Origin: Armatimonadota bacterium
GTDB taxonomy: Bacteria > Armatimonadota > HRBIN16
DNA length: 64,000 nt
Assembly: GCA_963677485.1 (NCBI GenBank)
Contig: OY781964.1
Span: 4,160,001-4,224,000 of the forward strand
Direction: 5' to 3'
Part shown: one piece after another, positions 28,943-39,983 of the stretch
Layout of the letters: each line of letters starts with the position of its first letter
Numbering within the stretch: the first letter of the stretch is position 1
Made by a program: the position numbers and the translations under genes
The notes under the pieces: model-generated
Told to the model about the DNA's origin: nothing
Database searches by the model: none
What the model saw: only the letters and a program-made list of their open reading frames with translations

Positions 28943-30706
28943 TTAGCGAACGGTGTTCGCGCCTGTCTGGCTGCTGCTCAGTTTGATCTGGGCATCCAGC
29001 GATTCGTCCATGTAATCCAAGGCCATGTAGGTATAACCCAGGTTGATGAATGGCCGGTTGTTGATCAGCATCTTCATCCCGTTGACTTCAACCATGTTGG
29101 CACCGGGCATGAACACTACGGAGTGCTTGCGGTCGTTGCTCACGGCGCAGACGGTGTTCTCTTTGGAGTACCACCACACCTTGCCATAACCATCGGCCTC
29201 AAAGGCGGCTCGGAAGGGCACATAGGCGGTTCCGTTGATCATCTTGACCATCACGTCAAAGGTGTCGTTGGACGCGGTGCTGTCCTCGCTGGTGTTGCGG
29301 GCGACTTGCATCGTCCTGACATGACTGCCCTTGGACACTTTGATGAATGACTTGGCTTCGGCAACCTTCACTTCGGCTTTTGGAGCGGTCTGCGCTTTTG
29401 CCACGACTGCCACCGGCTTGACGGCTACTGCTACGGGCTTGGGGGCAACCACAGCCGGCTTGGCTTCGACAACCTTAGCGACCACTGCCACCGGTTTGGC
29501 TACCACAGTCTGTGAGGTAGGCATACTGGGTGATGTGGAACGCACTGCGCCTTGTGCAGAGGCTTTGTCTGCCAACAGGCCAGGCACATTCAAAGCGCTT
29601 CCGGGCAATGCTGCGGTCATCAAACCATCAGACATCTGCTTGACTGCGGGTTTGACCTTCACAACTGCGGGTGCGACGACATTGACTGCCTTTTCAACAG
29701 CCGTAGCCACTGCAATCGCTTGTGATGGCTTTACCGAGTCAGGGGCGCTCATGCGTACTTGACCATCATAGCTGGTGCCCATGCTTAGCAGGCCGATACT
29801 GGGGTTGTTACTCACCGATATCGAAGGTATGCTGCTTGATCCGGGCTTGGGTGCAGCCACAGCCGACTTGATCACCGGTGCGGGTGATGCAGGGCGAATG
29901 ACTACGTTGGTGGGCATGATGCTGTTGAGAACACCCTCAGAACCGACTGGTGCAGGAAGGAAGCCCATCACGCTGGGTTCAGTTCCGGTGACCGGCGGGG
30001 TAGAGAGCATCGCACTGGAGGTAGACAGAAAGTCGTTGGTCATGGTGAAACCACCAGGGTTGTTCACCATCACGGTAATGGGGGCAGCCTTGTATACGTT
30101 CTGGCTGCTATCGACCAGCATCGCCTCAACCATATGTGAGCCGTTGCTGACGGTCGCTGTATCCCATGTGAACACATAGGGCGGCACATTCTTCAAGCTA
30201 CGGAACTTTTGGTCGATGTAGATGCTAACGTAGGGGTTTTTGACACCATCATTTACAGCCACATTGACTTCGACCTTACCTTGAACGTCTCCGTTTTGAG
30301 TGGGAGAGACGATGCGAATAGGCAATCCTACCACGCTGTCTCGATCCACAACTAAAAGCAGCTTGGAGGTGGTCAGGCGGCCATCAAGCTGGATGACGCG
30401 TATTTCTGCAGAGTGACGTCCTGGATTCAGATAGACGGGGTCAACCACGAAAGAGGCGACTCCTTTATCAACCGGCGTTTCTAAAACACGCTGAGCAAAC
30501 AGCTTACCTGCGATCCACAGTTCCACTCGTGAGACTGCGATGCCAGAATATTTCACAGATAGCTCAGACGCAGTAATGACTGGGCCAGAAAAGTCTTCGG
30601 CGTTGATGATTTTCATTTCCAGCGGATCTGCGGTGGCTGGTGTCATTAAGCAGGCACCGGTAGCCGCAATCAAACCGGCTGTCATGAGATACGATGCAAT
30701 CTTCAT
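28943..30706 (-). CDS. Secreted surface protein: Ig-like (Big_7) domains, Ala/Val/Lys/Pro-rich linker, copper amine oxidase N-terminal-like domain
   Basis: PPYVFTWDTATVSNGSH.VEA (Big_7); KPVAVVAK repeats; INGTAYVPFRAAFE...V.W....V (Cu_amine_oxidN1-like). Confidence 0.7.
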   Translation of the reverse strand: MKIASYLMTAGLIAATGACLMTPATADPLEMKIINAEDFSGPVITASELSVKYSGIAVSRVELWIAGKLFAQRVLETPVDKGVASFVVDPVYLNPGRHSAEIRVIQLDGRLTTSKLLLVVDRDSVVGLPIRIVSPTQNGDVQGKVEVNVAVNDGVKNPYVSIYIDQKFRSLKNVPPYVFTWDTATVSNGSHMVEAMLVDSSQNVYKAAPITVMVNNPGGFTMTNDFLSTSSAMLSTPPVTGTEPSVMGFLPAPVGSEGVLNSIMPTNVVIRPASPAPVIKSAVAAPKPGSSSIPSISVSNNPSIGLLSMGTSYDGQVRMSAPDSVKPSQAIAVATAVEKAVNVVAPAVVKVKPAVKQMSDGLMTAALPGSALNVPGLLADKASAQGAVRSTSPSMPTSQTVVAKPVAVVAKVVEAKPAVVAPKPVAVAVKPVAVVAKAQTAPKAEVKVAEAKSFIKVSKGSHVRTMQVARNTSEDSTASNDTFDVMVKMINGTAYVPFRAAFEADGYGKVWWYSKENTVCAVSNDRKHSVVFMPGANMVEVNGMKMLINNRPFINLGYTYMALDYMDESLDAQIKLSSSQTGANTVR

Positions 30707-30982
30707 GGTTATATCCCCATTTTATAGATAGCCAAGGCGATTCACACGCCTTCTTATTATAGATGTTATCAGATTCCATGAAAGAATCCTGCATTTTACG
30801 ACATATTTGTGCAAATTCGTGCCCACGGTTATACTTGTACTTAGGGAAATTCTATTTCCAATAGATTTTACGTCAGATTCAAGCTGGTAAATCCTGCTTT
30901 TAGGGTCTGATTCCATATTCATTGCCCACCTCAAGGCGATCGCCTGCGCAGGTGTTAGGCACATAGGAGGCCAACTTTTCCG

Positions 30983-32719
30983 TTGAAAAAAGAGATTATC
31001 GTAAATGTGGGTGCGCGTGAAACCCGTTTGGCATTGCTTGAAGATGGCAAGATCATGGAGTTGCACGTCGAACGTGAAGAGCGCATCGTAGGCAGCATCT
31101 ACAAGGGGCGCGTGGCAAATGTGCTTCCGGGTATGGATGCTGCTTTCGTTGATATAGGGTTGGACCGCAACGCCTTCCTTTACGTAGGTGACATCATACC
31201 GGAAGCCAGCGATGACGGCACCGCCCCCGCGTCGGTCCGACGTGCTGTACTGCGCAACCGTAATATCAAAGACATTCTGAAGGTGGGCCAGGAGATCCTG
31301 GTTCAGGTTACCAAAGGGCCGCGTGGCACCAAAGGCTCGCGAGTCAGCACCAAAATCAGTCTGCCCGGCCGATATGTGGTCGTGACCCCCGAGGGCGAGC
31401 ACCTGGGTGTGTCGCGAAAGATATCTGACTTCAAAGAACGCGACCGTCTGAAGAGACTCGGCCGCGACATCCGCCCCCAGGGATATGGCCTTATCATCCG
31501 TACCGAAGCGGAAGATAAACCCGATGAGATGCTGGTACAGGATATCGAGTGGCTTCAAGAACAGTGGACCGCGATCGCTGACCGCGCGAGCAAGCAAAAA
31601 GCTCCTGCGTGCGTACACCGCGACTATTCGCTTCTGTATAAAGCTGTAAGAGATATGTTCGGCAGTGATGTAGACAGACTGGTAATCGATGACCCCGATG
31701 AATATCAGAATGCGGTGGAGTTGGCGACCCGTTTTGCTCCCAAACTGAAACAAGACATCGTGCTGCACGATGGCGATGTGCCGATTTTCGATGCCTTCAA
31801 GCTGGAAGATGAGATCGACCGCCTGAGCCGAAGGCAGGTCTATCTGCGTTCGGGTGGATATCTGGTCATCGATGAGACTGAAGCGTTGTGTACTATTGAC
31901 GTTAACAGCGGCAAGTTTACCAGCGGAGCCAATCTTTCTGAGACGATCCTTCGCCTCAACCTGGAGGCCGCCGATGAAGTGGCACGACAGGTTCGGCTGC
32001 GTGACTTGGGCGGGATCATCATCATCGACTTCGTGGATATGGACAGTGCCTCGCACCGTTCGCAACTGGCTCGTGTGATTGAGCGTGCCATGAAGAACGA
32101 CCGAGCGCGGGCGAAGATCAGCTCTATCAGCCAACTGGGGCTGGTTCAGATGACGCGTAAGCGCACAGGCGAATCCGTTGTCGAACAGCTTGCCGAGAAG
32201 TGTCCATACTGCGCCGGTAAAGGCCGCATTTTGGGGCATGAGACGGTCAGCCTGGACATTGAGCGCGAGCTTCAGCGGAAGTGCAAGAGCGAACATCCCG
32301 AAGCCATGCTGGTCATTTCGCATCCCAAGGTTGCTGAAATGCTGATCGGGCCAGAAGGCGAAAACATTGAGGATCTGGAGCGGCTGCTTCATTGCGCCAT
32401 CTATGTGCGCGCTGATCTGAACATGCATAGTGAAAAATACGACATCCAATGCGGAACAATGGCTGACTACGACCGTGCCTGGCTTGGCTATCGCCGCGGT
32501 CAGATTGTAGAAGCTGATGTGTACGAATCCGCACTTCAGAGCGGTGATGATGTGAGCCTTGTGGGCTGGAGCGAAGGATACCTTCTGGAGATATCCGAAG
32601 GACAGTGTGCCGCAGGCCAACGAGTTCGGACCCGCCTGAGCGAAGTGCGTCGCTCGTTCGCGATGGTGGAAGTGGTGCCATCTGCACGCCCCGCCGTAGC
32701 CCATAGGCTGCACGTGTAG
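30983..32719 (+). CDS. rng: Ribonuclease E/G family (Rne/Rng) with C-terminal TRAM-like domain
   Basis: GSIYKGRV..VLPGMDAAFVDIG, IDVNSGKF, RLRDLGGIIIIDFVDM, GLVQMTRKR, CPYC.GKG. Confidence 0.93.
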   Translation: MKKEIIVNVGARETRLALLEDGKIMELHVEREERIVGSIYKGRVANVLPGMDAAFVDIGLDRNAFLYVGDIIPEASDDGTAPASVRRAVLRNRNIKDILKVGQEILVQVTKGPRGTKGSRVSTKISLPGRYVVVTPEGEHLGVSRKISDFKERDRLKRLGRDIRPQGYGLIIRTEAEDKPDEMLVQDIEWLQEQWTAIADRASKQKAPACVHRDYSLLYKAVRDMFGSDVDRLVIDDPDEYQNAVELATRFAPKLKQDIVLHDGDVPIFDAFKLEDEIDRLSRRQVYLRSGGYLVIDETEALCTIDVNSGKFTSGANLSETILRLNLEAADEVARQVRLRDLGGIIIIDFVDMDSASHRSQLARVIERAMKNDRARAKISSISQLGLVQMTRKRTGESVVEQLAEKCPYCAGKGRILGHETVSLDIERELQRKCKSEHPEAMLVISHPKVAEMLIGPEGENIEDLERLLHCAIYVRADLNMHSEKYDIQCGTMADYDRAWLGYRRGQIVEADVYESALQSGDDVSLVGWSEGYLLEISEGQCAAGQRVRTRLSEVRRSFAMVEVVPSARPAVAHRLHV

Positions 32720-32721
32720 GG

Positions 32722-34167
32722 ATGGCTTACCGCCACTACCAAGACTTCTTAGCGGCTCTAGAAAAGGCTGGCGAACTGAAACGGGTTCGCCAGCCTGTTT
32801 CGCCTCTGCTCGAGATCACCGAAGTGGCCGACCGCGTGATGAAGAGCGGTGGACCGGCTCTTCTTTTTGAGAACCCCACCGGATACCACATGCCAGTCGC
32901 CATCAACGCCTTTGGATCACGCAAACGCATGAGCATGGCGCTGGGCGTGGCTGACTTCGATGAGATCGCTGAAGAGATCGCCATTCTGCTCAAACCTGAA
33001 ATTCCCGAAGGCATCGGCGGTGCACTGCAGTTGCTGCCGCTCGTAGCCCGTCTTAAGGACGTGCCACCTAAGAAAGTCTCCAAGGGGGCTTGCCAGGAGA
33101 TCGTGCTCCGCGGAGCGGATATCGACCTGGAGGCACTGCCTCACCTGTTATGCTGGCCAGAAGACGGCGGACGCTACATCACCCTGCCACTGGTATTCAC
33201 CCACGATCCCGTCACCGGTAAGCGCAATGTGGGTATGTATAGGGTGCAAATCTTAGACAAATCAAGTTGTGCCATGCACTGGCAGATGCACAAAACCGGT
33301 GCAGAACACGCCCGAGAAGCCAGGGCCGCCCATCAAAAAGTGCAAGTGGCAATCGCCCTCGGGGGTGATCCTGCACTGACTTATGCTGCCACCGCTCCGC
33401 TCCCACCCGGGATCGACGAAACGCTGTTTGCCGGCTTTATCCGCCACAAACCGGTGGAGCTCTGCCCCGCGGTGAGTGTGGATTTACGGGTGCCCGCCGA
33501 TGCGGAGATCGTGATCGAGGGTGCGTTGGACCCAGACGATCTTGTCACCGAAGGCCCGTTCGGAGATCATACCGGCTACTACAGCCTGGCGGACCTCTAC
33601 CCGCGGGTGACGGTGACCGCCATCACCATGCGCAAGAACGCAGTCTACCCTTGCACCATCGTGGGGCCGCCGCCGATGGAGGACACCTGGCTGGGTAAAG
33701 CCACCGAGCGCATTTTTCTACCAATGCTGAAGGTCGTGCTTCCTGAGGTGGTGGATATGAACCTACCTACCGAAGCCTGTTTCCACAACCTGGTAGTGGT
33801 GTCTATCAAGAAGAAATATCCTGGCCACGCACGTAAAGTGATGCACGCACTCTGGGGCACCGGCCAGATGATGTTTGCGAAGATGATCATTGTGACCGAC
33901 GACGATGTCGATGTGCAGAATCTGCCGGAGGTGCTCTGGCGGTTCAGTAACAACATTGACCCTGAACGCGACATGGAGATGGTCAAAGGCCCAATAGACG
34001 TACTGGACCACGCCTCGCGTCTGCCCGGGTTCGGCAGCAAGATCGGCTTTGATGCCACACGAAAGTGGCTAACTGAGGGCTTTACCAGGCCATGGCCGGA
34101 AGTCAACCGCATGAGCGAAGAGGTCAAGCAGACCATCGACCGCATCTGGGGAGAGCTTGGGCTGTAA
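32722..34167 (+). CDS. UbiD-family decarboxylase (menaquinone futalosine-pathway type, MqnL-like)
   Basis: RNVGMYR, EGPFGDHTGYY, GPPPMED.WLGKATERIFLP, LWGTGQMMFAK, D.LDHA...GSKIG.DAT.K. Confidence 0.9.
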   Translation: MAYRHYQDFLAALEKAGELKRVRQPVSPLLEITEVADRVMKSGGPALLFENPTGYHMPVAINAFGSRKRMSMALGVADFDEIAEEIAILLKPEIPEGIGGALQLLPLVARLKDVPPKKVSKGACQEIVLRGADIDLEALPHLLCWPEDGGRYITLPLVFTHDPVTGKRNVGMYRVQILDKSSCAMHWQMHKTGAEHAREARAAHQKVQVAIALGGDPALTYAATAPLPPGIDETLFAGFIRHKPVELCPAVSVDLRVPADAEIVIEGALDPDDLVTEGPFGDHTGYYSLADLYPRVTVTAITMRKNAVYPCTIVGPPPMEDTWLGKATERIFLPMLKVVLPEVVDMNLPTEACFHNLVVVSIKKKYPGHARKVMHALWGTGQMMFAKMIIVTDDDVDVQNLPEVLWRFSNNIDPERDMEMVKGPIDVLDHASRLPGFGSKIGFDATRKWLTEGFTRPWPEVNRMSEEVKQTIDRIWGELGL

Positions 34168-34335
34168 GTTCCCATCGGGCCATATGGATTATCTTTGTGG
34201 GTCACCAGTCACGCCTACACGTTGTACGGCTCCATGTTTCATAACTACCATTTGTGGCGAAGCTTGATTGGTATAATGGCGAATAGCATGGCTCACTTAG
34301 GTGAGCTGCGGTTCAAGATATAACCAAGGGAGCCG

Positions 34336-37335
34336 ATGAAAATGAATCATTTCAGTGACATCATATGCCTGTCAGATATCATCCATCTCTGTCTGTTCGC
34401 GACTGCGCTTTTGCTGTTGTGGGCAGCCTGTTCACGGCCTGCTAAAGCGAAGCTGGTAGAGGACCCCTCTGACGGCTACTCGATGCCTGCGGTGTTCAAA
34501 CCACGCGACTTCACATCGCTCTCTCGGATATTTCTACAGCCCGCTCACTCATACTGGCGCGCTGAAAACTTCAAGCTCGCCGAGTTCACGCGTGTGTCCT
34601 ATAAGGGTGATGAGTGGGTACGGTGGCATTTCATCAAGAAGGCGGTTGCGACATACATCCCGTCCATCGCCTACAGATACCCTTCACGCATCGCCACCAC
34701 TGGCTATTCGCTGCGTGTTCTGAACCGCGGGCCTCAAGCTGTTATCGTGTCGGGCTGGGGTGATAATGAGCCGAAAAACTTCATCACACTCGAACCAGGT
34801 ATGGAGAAGCTTGTTCATATCACCGGAATGACTTCGCTGGTGGCCCAGGCCACAAAGCCAGACGTGGAGTATGATCTGTATCTACGCGACCTGAGCATCT
34901 TCTATCCTGAAGCTGAGGGCATCACCACAGAGAAGTTTGAGATATCAAGGCAACTGGTGGCTGGCCGGAAGATGATCATTAAGCTGGCAGCCCAGGGTGT
35001 GTTTGACAAAAAGGTAATCGATGTTGAGGTTCGCAAAGAGCACTGGGTGGTGTGGCGTATCCGCCTCACTCCCGAGGAGCTGAGGCAACTCTCTACGCGT
35101 CAACAATGCACCATCGAACGCGAAGTACCCTGGTATCTCTCCTCTGGTAAAGTGAATGCCAGTTTGGTGGCTGATGGCCTCAGAGCTAAAGGTGTGGAGG
35201 CACAGGCTGAGGTGGTCAATCGACGGCGTGCCCAGTTACCTGTGATGGAGAGACGGCAGCTCAATGGTCGGCCAACGTTCATGCTCGATGGCAAGCCCTT
35301 CACTTGGAACGGGTATGCCACATACAATTTCTACCCGGGTGCCATCAACGAGTTTGCTGCCAATGAGGCGAATCTATTCCACATCACCTGCGCACCGGGG
35401 CGGCACTACCATAATGTGGCTGCTCCCACCTGGCTGGGCGGTAATGAGTATGACTTCGGAGAAATTGAGCAGATGGCGACCACCATACTGCAGGCGAACC
35501 CCAAAGCCAGGATCATGATGCGCCTGGCCCTGGGCCTTCCGCCGTTCTGGTATAACGAGCACAAAGATAGCCTGGTACGCACTCAATCGACTGACGGAAA
35601 AGAGGTAGTCTGGTTTGAGACCGACAGTCAGGTGGGTTCCTTAACCTCAGAAGACTGGCGGAAACAGCAGGCCATCGCACTGCGTAAACTGGTGCAGTAT
35701 CTTGCGTCGCGCCCGTGGGCTAGCCAGGTCATTGGCTTCAATATCGGTGGTGCGATGACAGAGGAGTGGTTTGCCTGGGCAACCTGTGATGAGATCATCA
35801 AACCGGTGAAATACTTCGGTGACTACAGTCACGACAACCAGCAAGCTTTCCGCAAGTGGTGTGCTGCAAAGGGCTATCCATACACACGGGTTCCTGATGC
35901 GAAGCTGCGAAATAAGTTGGGATATGATCTTTTCCCTGACGACACTAACGGCCGCTGGGTGATGGCTTATAACGCATTCATGAACGAGGTGTCAGCCGAC
36001 ACGGTGAAGTATTTCGCTGCGGTGATCAAAGAGGAGACCAAACGGCGCAGCCTGGTCGGCGTGTTCTACGGATATGTGGTTTTGCTGGCTGGTGAGGCCA
36101 GGCAGAGCGACTCCGGGCAGTTTGGGGTGCGGGAACTGCTGGAGTCTGAGGATGTCGACTACCTCGGTGGCGTGCCGCAGCACTACCTGCGGCGCTTGGT
36201 TGGTGATGGATACGCCCAGAACGCCACGGCCGTGGCCAGTGTGGTCGCACACAACAAACAATATATGGACGACAACGACTTGTTTTCCTGGCTGCATGAA
36301 GGCATATGGCACACTCCATACGATGAGAAAGACCCTCGTGGAGCGTTGATCAAGATGCATCGCCGCTGGCTGGCGACCGAAGTGATTTATGGAAATGCCT
36401 ACGAATGGTTCAGTCTGGACCCCAAGTGGCATCATGACGAAGGCGTGATGGATGAGTTTGCACTAGAAGCACGCATCCATACCGAATCCCTCAAGGAGGA
36501 CCGCACACCGATCGAAGAGGTGGCGTTCGTCATTGATGACCATACTTTCCTGTCATTGACCCCATCTGCGAGCACCCACTTCAGCAACCAGGTGTTGCTT
36601 GGTGCCGTGGGTCGGACTGGCGCGTCGATGGGCGTGTGGCTGTTATCGGACGTAGACCGCCTTCCTGAACGCATCAAATTCGTGGTGGTCGTGAACGCGA
36701 CGGCTCCACGGGCTGATGATCTGGAGAAGCTGCGTACATTGATCGCACGGGGCGGCCGCACGATCATGGTCGTTGGGTTGCCTGGGTTGATCGATGCTCA
36801 GAGCCTACGCTGGAAACCGGCTAATGTGGAGCGGTTGCTTGGCTTGCCCATCCGCCTTGACGATGAGGCCCAACCGGCTCGTGCTGGGATCATCGAGACG
36901 AACGAGTGGCTTTGCCCGATCATGGCACCGATGAATGACGCGGAACCGAAGTTGATCAGGCCACGGCCGTATCTAGCGGGAGAGGGCTTTATGCACTATG
37001 AAGATGGTAAAACCGCCGGTGTAGAGCGCGATCTGCCAACGGGCGGTAAACTCATCTGGTGCGGTGTGCCTCCGTATGCCGGCGATGAGTGGCTCCGAAA
37101 ACAGGTGATCGCAGCTGGCGTGCACTGTTATGCCCCGGCAACTTGCTCAATTCATGCCACGAAAGAGCTGGTGTCTGTGACCTCCGTATATGTTGATGAT
37201 CGCGACATCGAGCTGAAGTGGCCGGAGAATGTCATGGTCACCGATCTGTTTGATGGTTGGCACGGTGAGGGGACCACAATGAGCTGTCCGTTCACGCATG
37301 GGCAGACCCGTCTATTCAGAGTTCAGAAGAAGTAG
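34336..37335 (+). CDS. Secreted GH42/beta-galactosidase-like glycoside hydrolase
   Basis: GRPTFMLDGKP, YDF..I......ANP.A, S..W, VIG..IGG..TEEW, GDYS...AFRKW, VGVFYGY; C-terminal trimerization-like domain. Confidence 0.65.
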   Translation: MKMNHFSDIICLSDIIHLCLFATALLLLWAACSRPAKAKLVEDPSDGYSMPAVFKPRDFTSLSRIFLQPAHSYWRAENFKLAEFTRVSYKGDEWVRWHFIKKAVATYIPSIAYRYPSRIATTGYSLRVLNRGPQAVIVSGWGDNEPKNFITLEPGMEKLVHITGMTSLVAQATKPDVEYDLYLRDLSIFYPEAEGITTEKFEISRQLVAGRKMIIKLAAQGVFDKKVIDVEVRKEHWVVWRIRLTPEELRQLSTRQQCTIEREVPWYLSSGKVNASLVADGLRAKGVEAQAEVVNRRRAQLPVMERRQLNGRPTFMLDGKPFTWNGYATYNFYPGAINEFAANEANLFHITCAPGRHYHNVAAPTWLGGNEYDFGEIEQMATTILQANPKARIMMRLALGLPPFWYNEHKDSLVRTQSTDGKEVVWFETDSQVGSLTSEDWRKQQAIALRKLVQYLASRPWASQVIGFNIGGAMTEEWFAWATCDEIIKPVKYFGDYSHDNQQAFRKWCAAKGYPYTRVPDAKLRNKLGYDLFPDDTNGRWVMAYNAFMNEVSADTVKYFAAVIKEETKRRSLVGVFYGYVVLLAGEARQSDSGQFGVRELLESEDVDYLGGVPQHYLRRLVGDGYAQNATAVASVVAHNKQYMDDNDLFSWLHEGIWHTPYDEKDPRGALIKMHRRWLATEVIYGNAYEWFSLDPKWHHDEGVMDEFALEARIHTESLKEDRTPIEEVAFVIDDHTFLSLTPSASTHFSNQVLLGAVGRTGASMGVWLLSDVDRLPERIKFVVVVNATAPRADDLEKLRTLIARGGRTIMVVGLPGLIDAQSLRWKPANVERLLGLPIRLDDEAQPARAGIIETNEWLCPIMAPMNDAEPKLIRPRPYLAGEGFMHYEDGKTAGVERDLPTGGKLIWCGVPPYAGDEWLRKQVIAAGVHCYAPATCSIHATKELVSVTSVYVDDRDIELKWPENVMVTDLFDGWHGEGTTMSCPFTHGQTRLFRVQKK

Positions 37336-37477
37336 ATTTGAGCATAAACAAGAGGCGGTGATGGCACAAACTGCACCGCCTCTGTGAACTATGATGTTCT
37401 AGTGACGTCTACATATGTGGAAACAACTGTACTGGCTCGATCGCCAGTATCAAACCGCATTGACGGAGGAATATCTC

Positions 37478-38167
37478 ATGAACCGATCCTTGTTAACAGC
37501 AGCTCTGGCGGCTTTAGTTCTTGCCGCACCTGTCTTTTCGCAGACCAACACCCAACCAGCAGCGGCGCAAAGGCGTCCAGCCATGGCTGCCCGACAGCCA
37601 CAGATGCAGCTTCGTCTGCTGTCGCAGGCCTTAAGCCTCACGCCCGATCAGATCGAAAAGGTAAAGGCGCTGATGAAGGCGGAGGCACCAAAAACTCTGC
37701 GGATTCGAAATGTTTCTCAGAAAAAAATCGCGGCAATATTAACGCCAGATCAGATTAAGAAGTACGATGAGATAGTCAAACAGCGTAATGCCGCGATGCG
37801 CCCTGCTACAAATCAGGCAAACCAGAATGTGAAACCCGGAGCACCGGCTGCTGGTAATGCGCAGATGCGAAAACCAGGTCAGCGTGTTGACCAACTCCGC
37901 AGATTGGTGCAGGAGCTTGGTTTGACCACCGCTCAAACGGACCTCATCAAGCCGATTCTCAAGACGCAGGCTGCTCAACTGAAGGTTGTCCGCGACGATA
38001 CACAGAAGAAAGTCATGGCGATCTTGACCCCAGAGCAAGTAGAAAAATACAAAAGCATTCGTGATGTGCAAGCAACAACTGTTAAGACTGGTCAGGTGAA
38101 TGGTGGACAGCCCAAGGCTAAGGACGTCAAGCCTGCCAAACGGAATAAGGTCAACAGCGGATTCTAA
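37478..38167 (+). CDS. Periplasmic Spy/CpxP-like LTxxQ repeat protein
   Basis: Signal peptide; four LTPDQ/LTTAQ/LTPEQ motifs. Start adjusted to 37478 (GGAGG RBS). Confidence 0.75.
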   Translation: MNRSLLTAALAALVLAAPVFSQTNTQPAAAQRRPAMAARQPQMQLRLLSQALSLTPDQIEKVKALMKAEAPKTLRIRNVSQKKIAAILTPDQIKKYDEIVKQRNAAMRPATNQANQNVKPGAPAAGNAQMRKPGQRVDQLRRLVQELGLTTAQTDLIKPILKTQAAQLKVVRDDTQKKVMAILTPEQVEKYKSIRDVQATTVKTGQVNGGQPKAKDVKPAKRNKVNSGF

Positions 38168-38183
38168 TCGCTGACGCAACCTG

Positions 38184-38212
38184 ATGGCGGTCTGAAAAGA
38201 CCGCCATTTTTT
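38184..38212 (+). terminator. Intrinsic terminator
   Basis: ATGGCGGTCT-GAAA-AGACCGCCAT followed by a T run. Confidence 0.85.
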
Positions 38213-38284
38213 GTTTGAATCCCTTTCGGATGTGGCTGCATCTAAAGAATGTAAGTAAACACCGCATCTGCAAGGAGGCCACAA

Positions 38285-38653
38285 ATGGCACTTTTCGGTT
38301 TTGGCAAAAAGAATGATACCGCCACAGTTCCCGGTAAGGTAGGGCATGTGAATGCCGAGAACTTCGATCAGGAAGTTCTCAAGAGCGACATCCCGGTGAT
38401 TGTTGACTTCTGGGCACCCTGGTGTGGCCCATGCCGTATGCTGGCCCCTGTTCTTGAGCAGGTCGCTGAAGCCGTTGATGGCAAGGTGAAGGTTGTGAAG
38501 CTGAACACCGATGAGGAGCAGGCCATTGCGGGAAAATACGGCATCCAAGGTATCCCAACGATGATCCTGTTCAAAAACGGCGAGGCTGTATCAAGGCAGG
38601 TCGGTCTGGCACCTAAGGGCACCATCGAAAGCTGGGCTTTGAAGAACGCATAA
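38285..38653 (+). CDS. trxA: Thioredoxin
   Basis: VDFWAPWCGPCR, GIPT..FKNG. Confidence 0.95.
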   Translation: MALFGFGKKNDTATVPGKVGHVNAENFDQEVLKSDIPVIVDFWAPWCGPCRMLAPVLEQVAEAVDGKVKVVKLNTDEEQAIAGKYGIQGIPTMILFKNGEAVSRQVGLAPKGTIESWALKNA

Positions 38654-38673
38654 GCGACTGCGCCGAATAGATT

Positions 38674-38733
38674 GTTAATCGGACGGGTCAGGCGGGTCGG
38701 ACGGATATGATCCGTCCGACCCATCCGATTAAC
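38674..38733. repeat. CGGACGGAT-type palindromic repeat between convergent genes
   Basis: GGTCGGACGGAT-ATG-ATCCGTCCGACC; related copy at 59326-59350. Confidence 0.6.
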
Positions 38734-38736
38734 TGA

Positions 38737-39957
38737 CTACCAGCTTGAGTTGCGGTACTCTTCCCACACGCGGTCATATACAGCGCGTGTGATTCCGCTG
38801 ATGCGGGGCCAGTTATATAGCTCTTTAACGCGCTGTAGTGCCGTCTGAGCCCTTGATCTGTTGTAATCCGGCTCAGCTATCGCCTTGAGTATCATACGGG
38901 CCAGACTGGTGCTGTCACCGCTGAAGAAGGTGAGGCCATCCACGTTGTGGCGTATGATCTCCTTCAGTCCGCCTGTGTCACTCACGATGACTGGGGCCTG
39001 CGCCGCCATAGCCTCCAAAGCCACGATTCCAAAAGGTTCATACCGGCTGGGGAAACAGGCCACGTCGCAGCAAGCCAGCATCATGCGCTTATCGTCATCG
39101 CTGAGGTATCCCGTGAAGGTCACTGCTTCGGATACTCCCAGCCATCTTGCGAAGTCCTGAAGATTGTCCCGTTTACCCCCGCCGCCAATCACCAACCGCA
39201 CGTCTTTATACATTGTGCGCACCTGTGCCAGGGCGTCAATCAGCAGATCACCGCCTTTTTCGCGGACCATGCGACCTATGAAGAACACAATTCGCTCGTA
39301 GTCTGCGGCAAAGCGTGACCGGAATTGGGCACGCTGTTCGGCGTCTGCATTCACTGTGAAATTCGCAACATTGACACCATTTGGAATGACATCCATCTTG
39401 TCCCATGGGCATTCCAGTGCCGAAGCTATCTCATTTCGCATGAAGTCGCTGCAGCAGATCACACGCCATGATTCAAATGCGAGCTGCCACTCCACACTGG
39501 AGATATACTTTTGAATATCAGTTGATATTTTGCCGTTTCGGCCAAACTCAGTGGCATGGATGGTTGATACCATCGGCAGATGGTACTGGTGCTTCAAATG
39601 GGCAGCCGCAAAGTGCGATAACCAGTCGTGCGCATGGATGATGATGCCATCAGCGTCGCGCCATGCTCCAGATGCAGGACGCCTACCTTCAATCAATTGC
39701 TGCGCCTTCTCCAGCATGAATACATTTAGCTGCTGCACCCAATGGATAAAGTCGTTGCTGTGCTCGGGGTTATGCACACGGTGGACATGCAGCCCAGGAC
39801 GCATCTGCTCGTATGCTGGTGCTTCGCCGAACTCGGCGGTGATCACATGAACCTCAGTGCCAGCGGCGGCTAGAGCTATTGATATGTCGTGAACATGGGG
39901 GGCAATTCCACCAACAATACGTGGTGGGAACTCCCAAGATAACATGATTATTTTCAT
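38737..39957 (-). CDS. Glycosyltransferase family 4 (glycogen synthase-like)
   Basis: WEFPPRIVGGI..HV, HAHDWL, TIHATE.GRN, PSRYEPFGIVALEAMA. Confidence 0.92.
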   Translation of the reverse strand: MKIIMLSWEFPPRIVGGIAPHVHDISIALAAAGTEVHVITAEFGEAPAYEQMRPGLHVHRVHNPEHSNDFIHWVQQLNVFMLEKAQQLIEGRRPASGAWRDADGIIIHAHDWLSHFAAAHLKHQYHLPMVSTIHATEFGRNGKISTDIQKYISSVEWQLAFESWRVICCSDFMRNEIASALECPWDKMDVIPNGVNVANFTVNADAEQRAQFRSRFAADYERIVFFIGRMVREKGGDLLIDALAQVRTMYKDVRLVIGGGGKRDNLQDFARWLGVSEAVTFTGYLSDDDKRMMLACCDVACFPSRYEPFGIVALEAMAAQAPVIVSDTGGLKEIIRHNVDGLTFFSGDSTSLARMILKAIAEPDYNRSRAQTALQRVKELYNWPRISGITRAVYDRVWEEYRNSSW

Positions 39958-39983
39958 AGCCTAACCTCTTGCCTTCGTGTATA

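Noticed and set aside
30722-32713. 663-aa antisense ORF
   Set aside because: Shadow of rng on the opposite strand, with no recognisable motifs.
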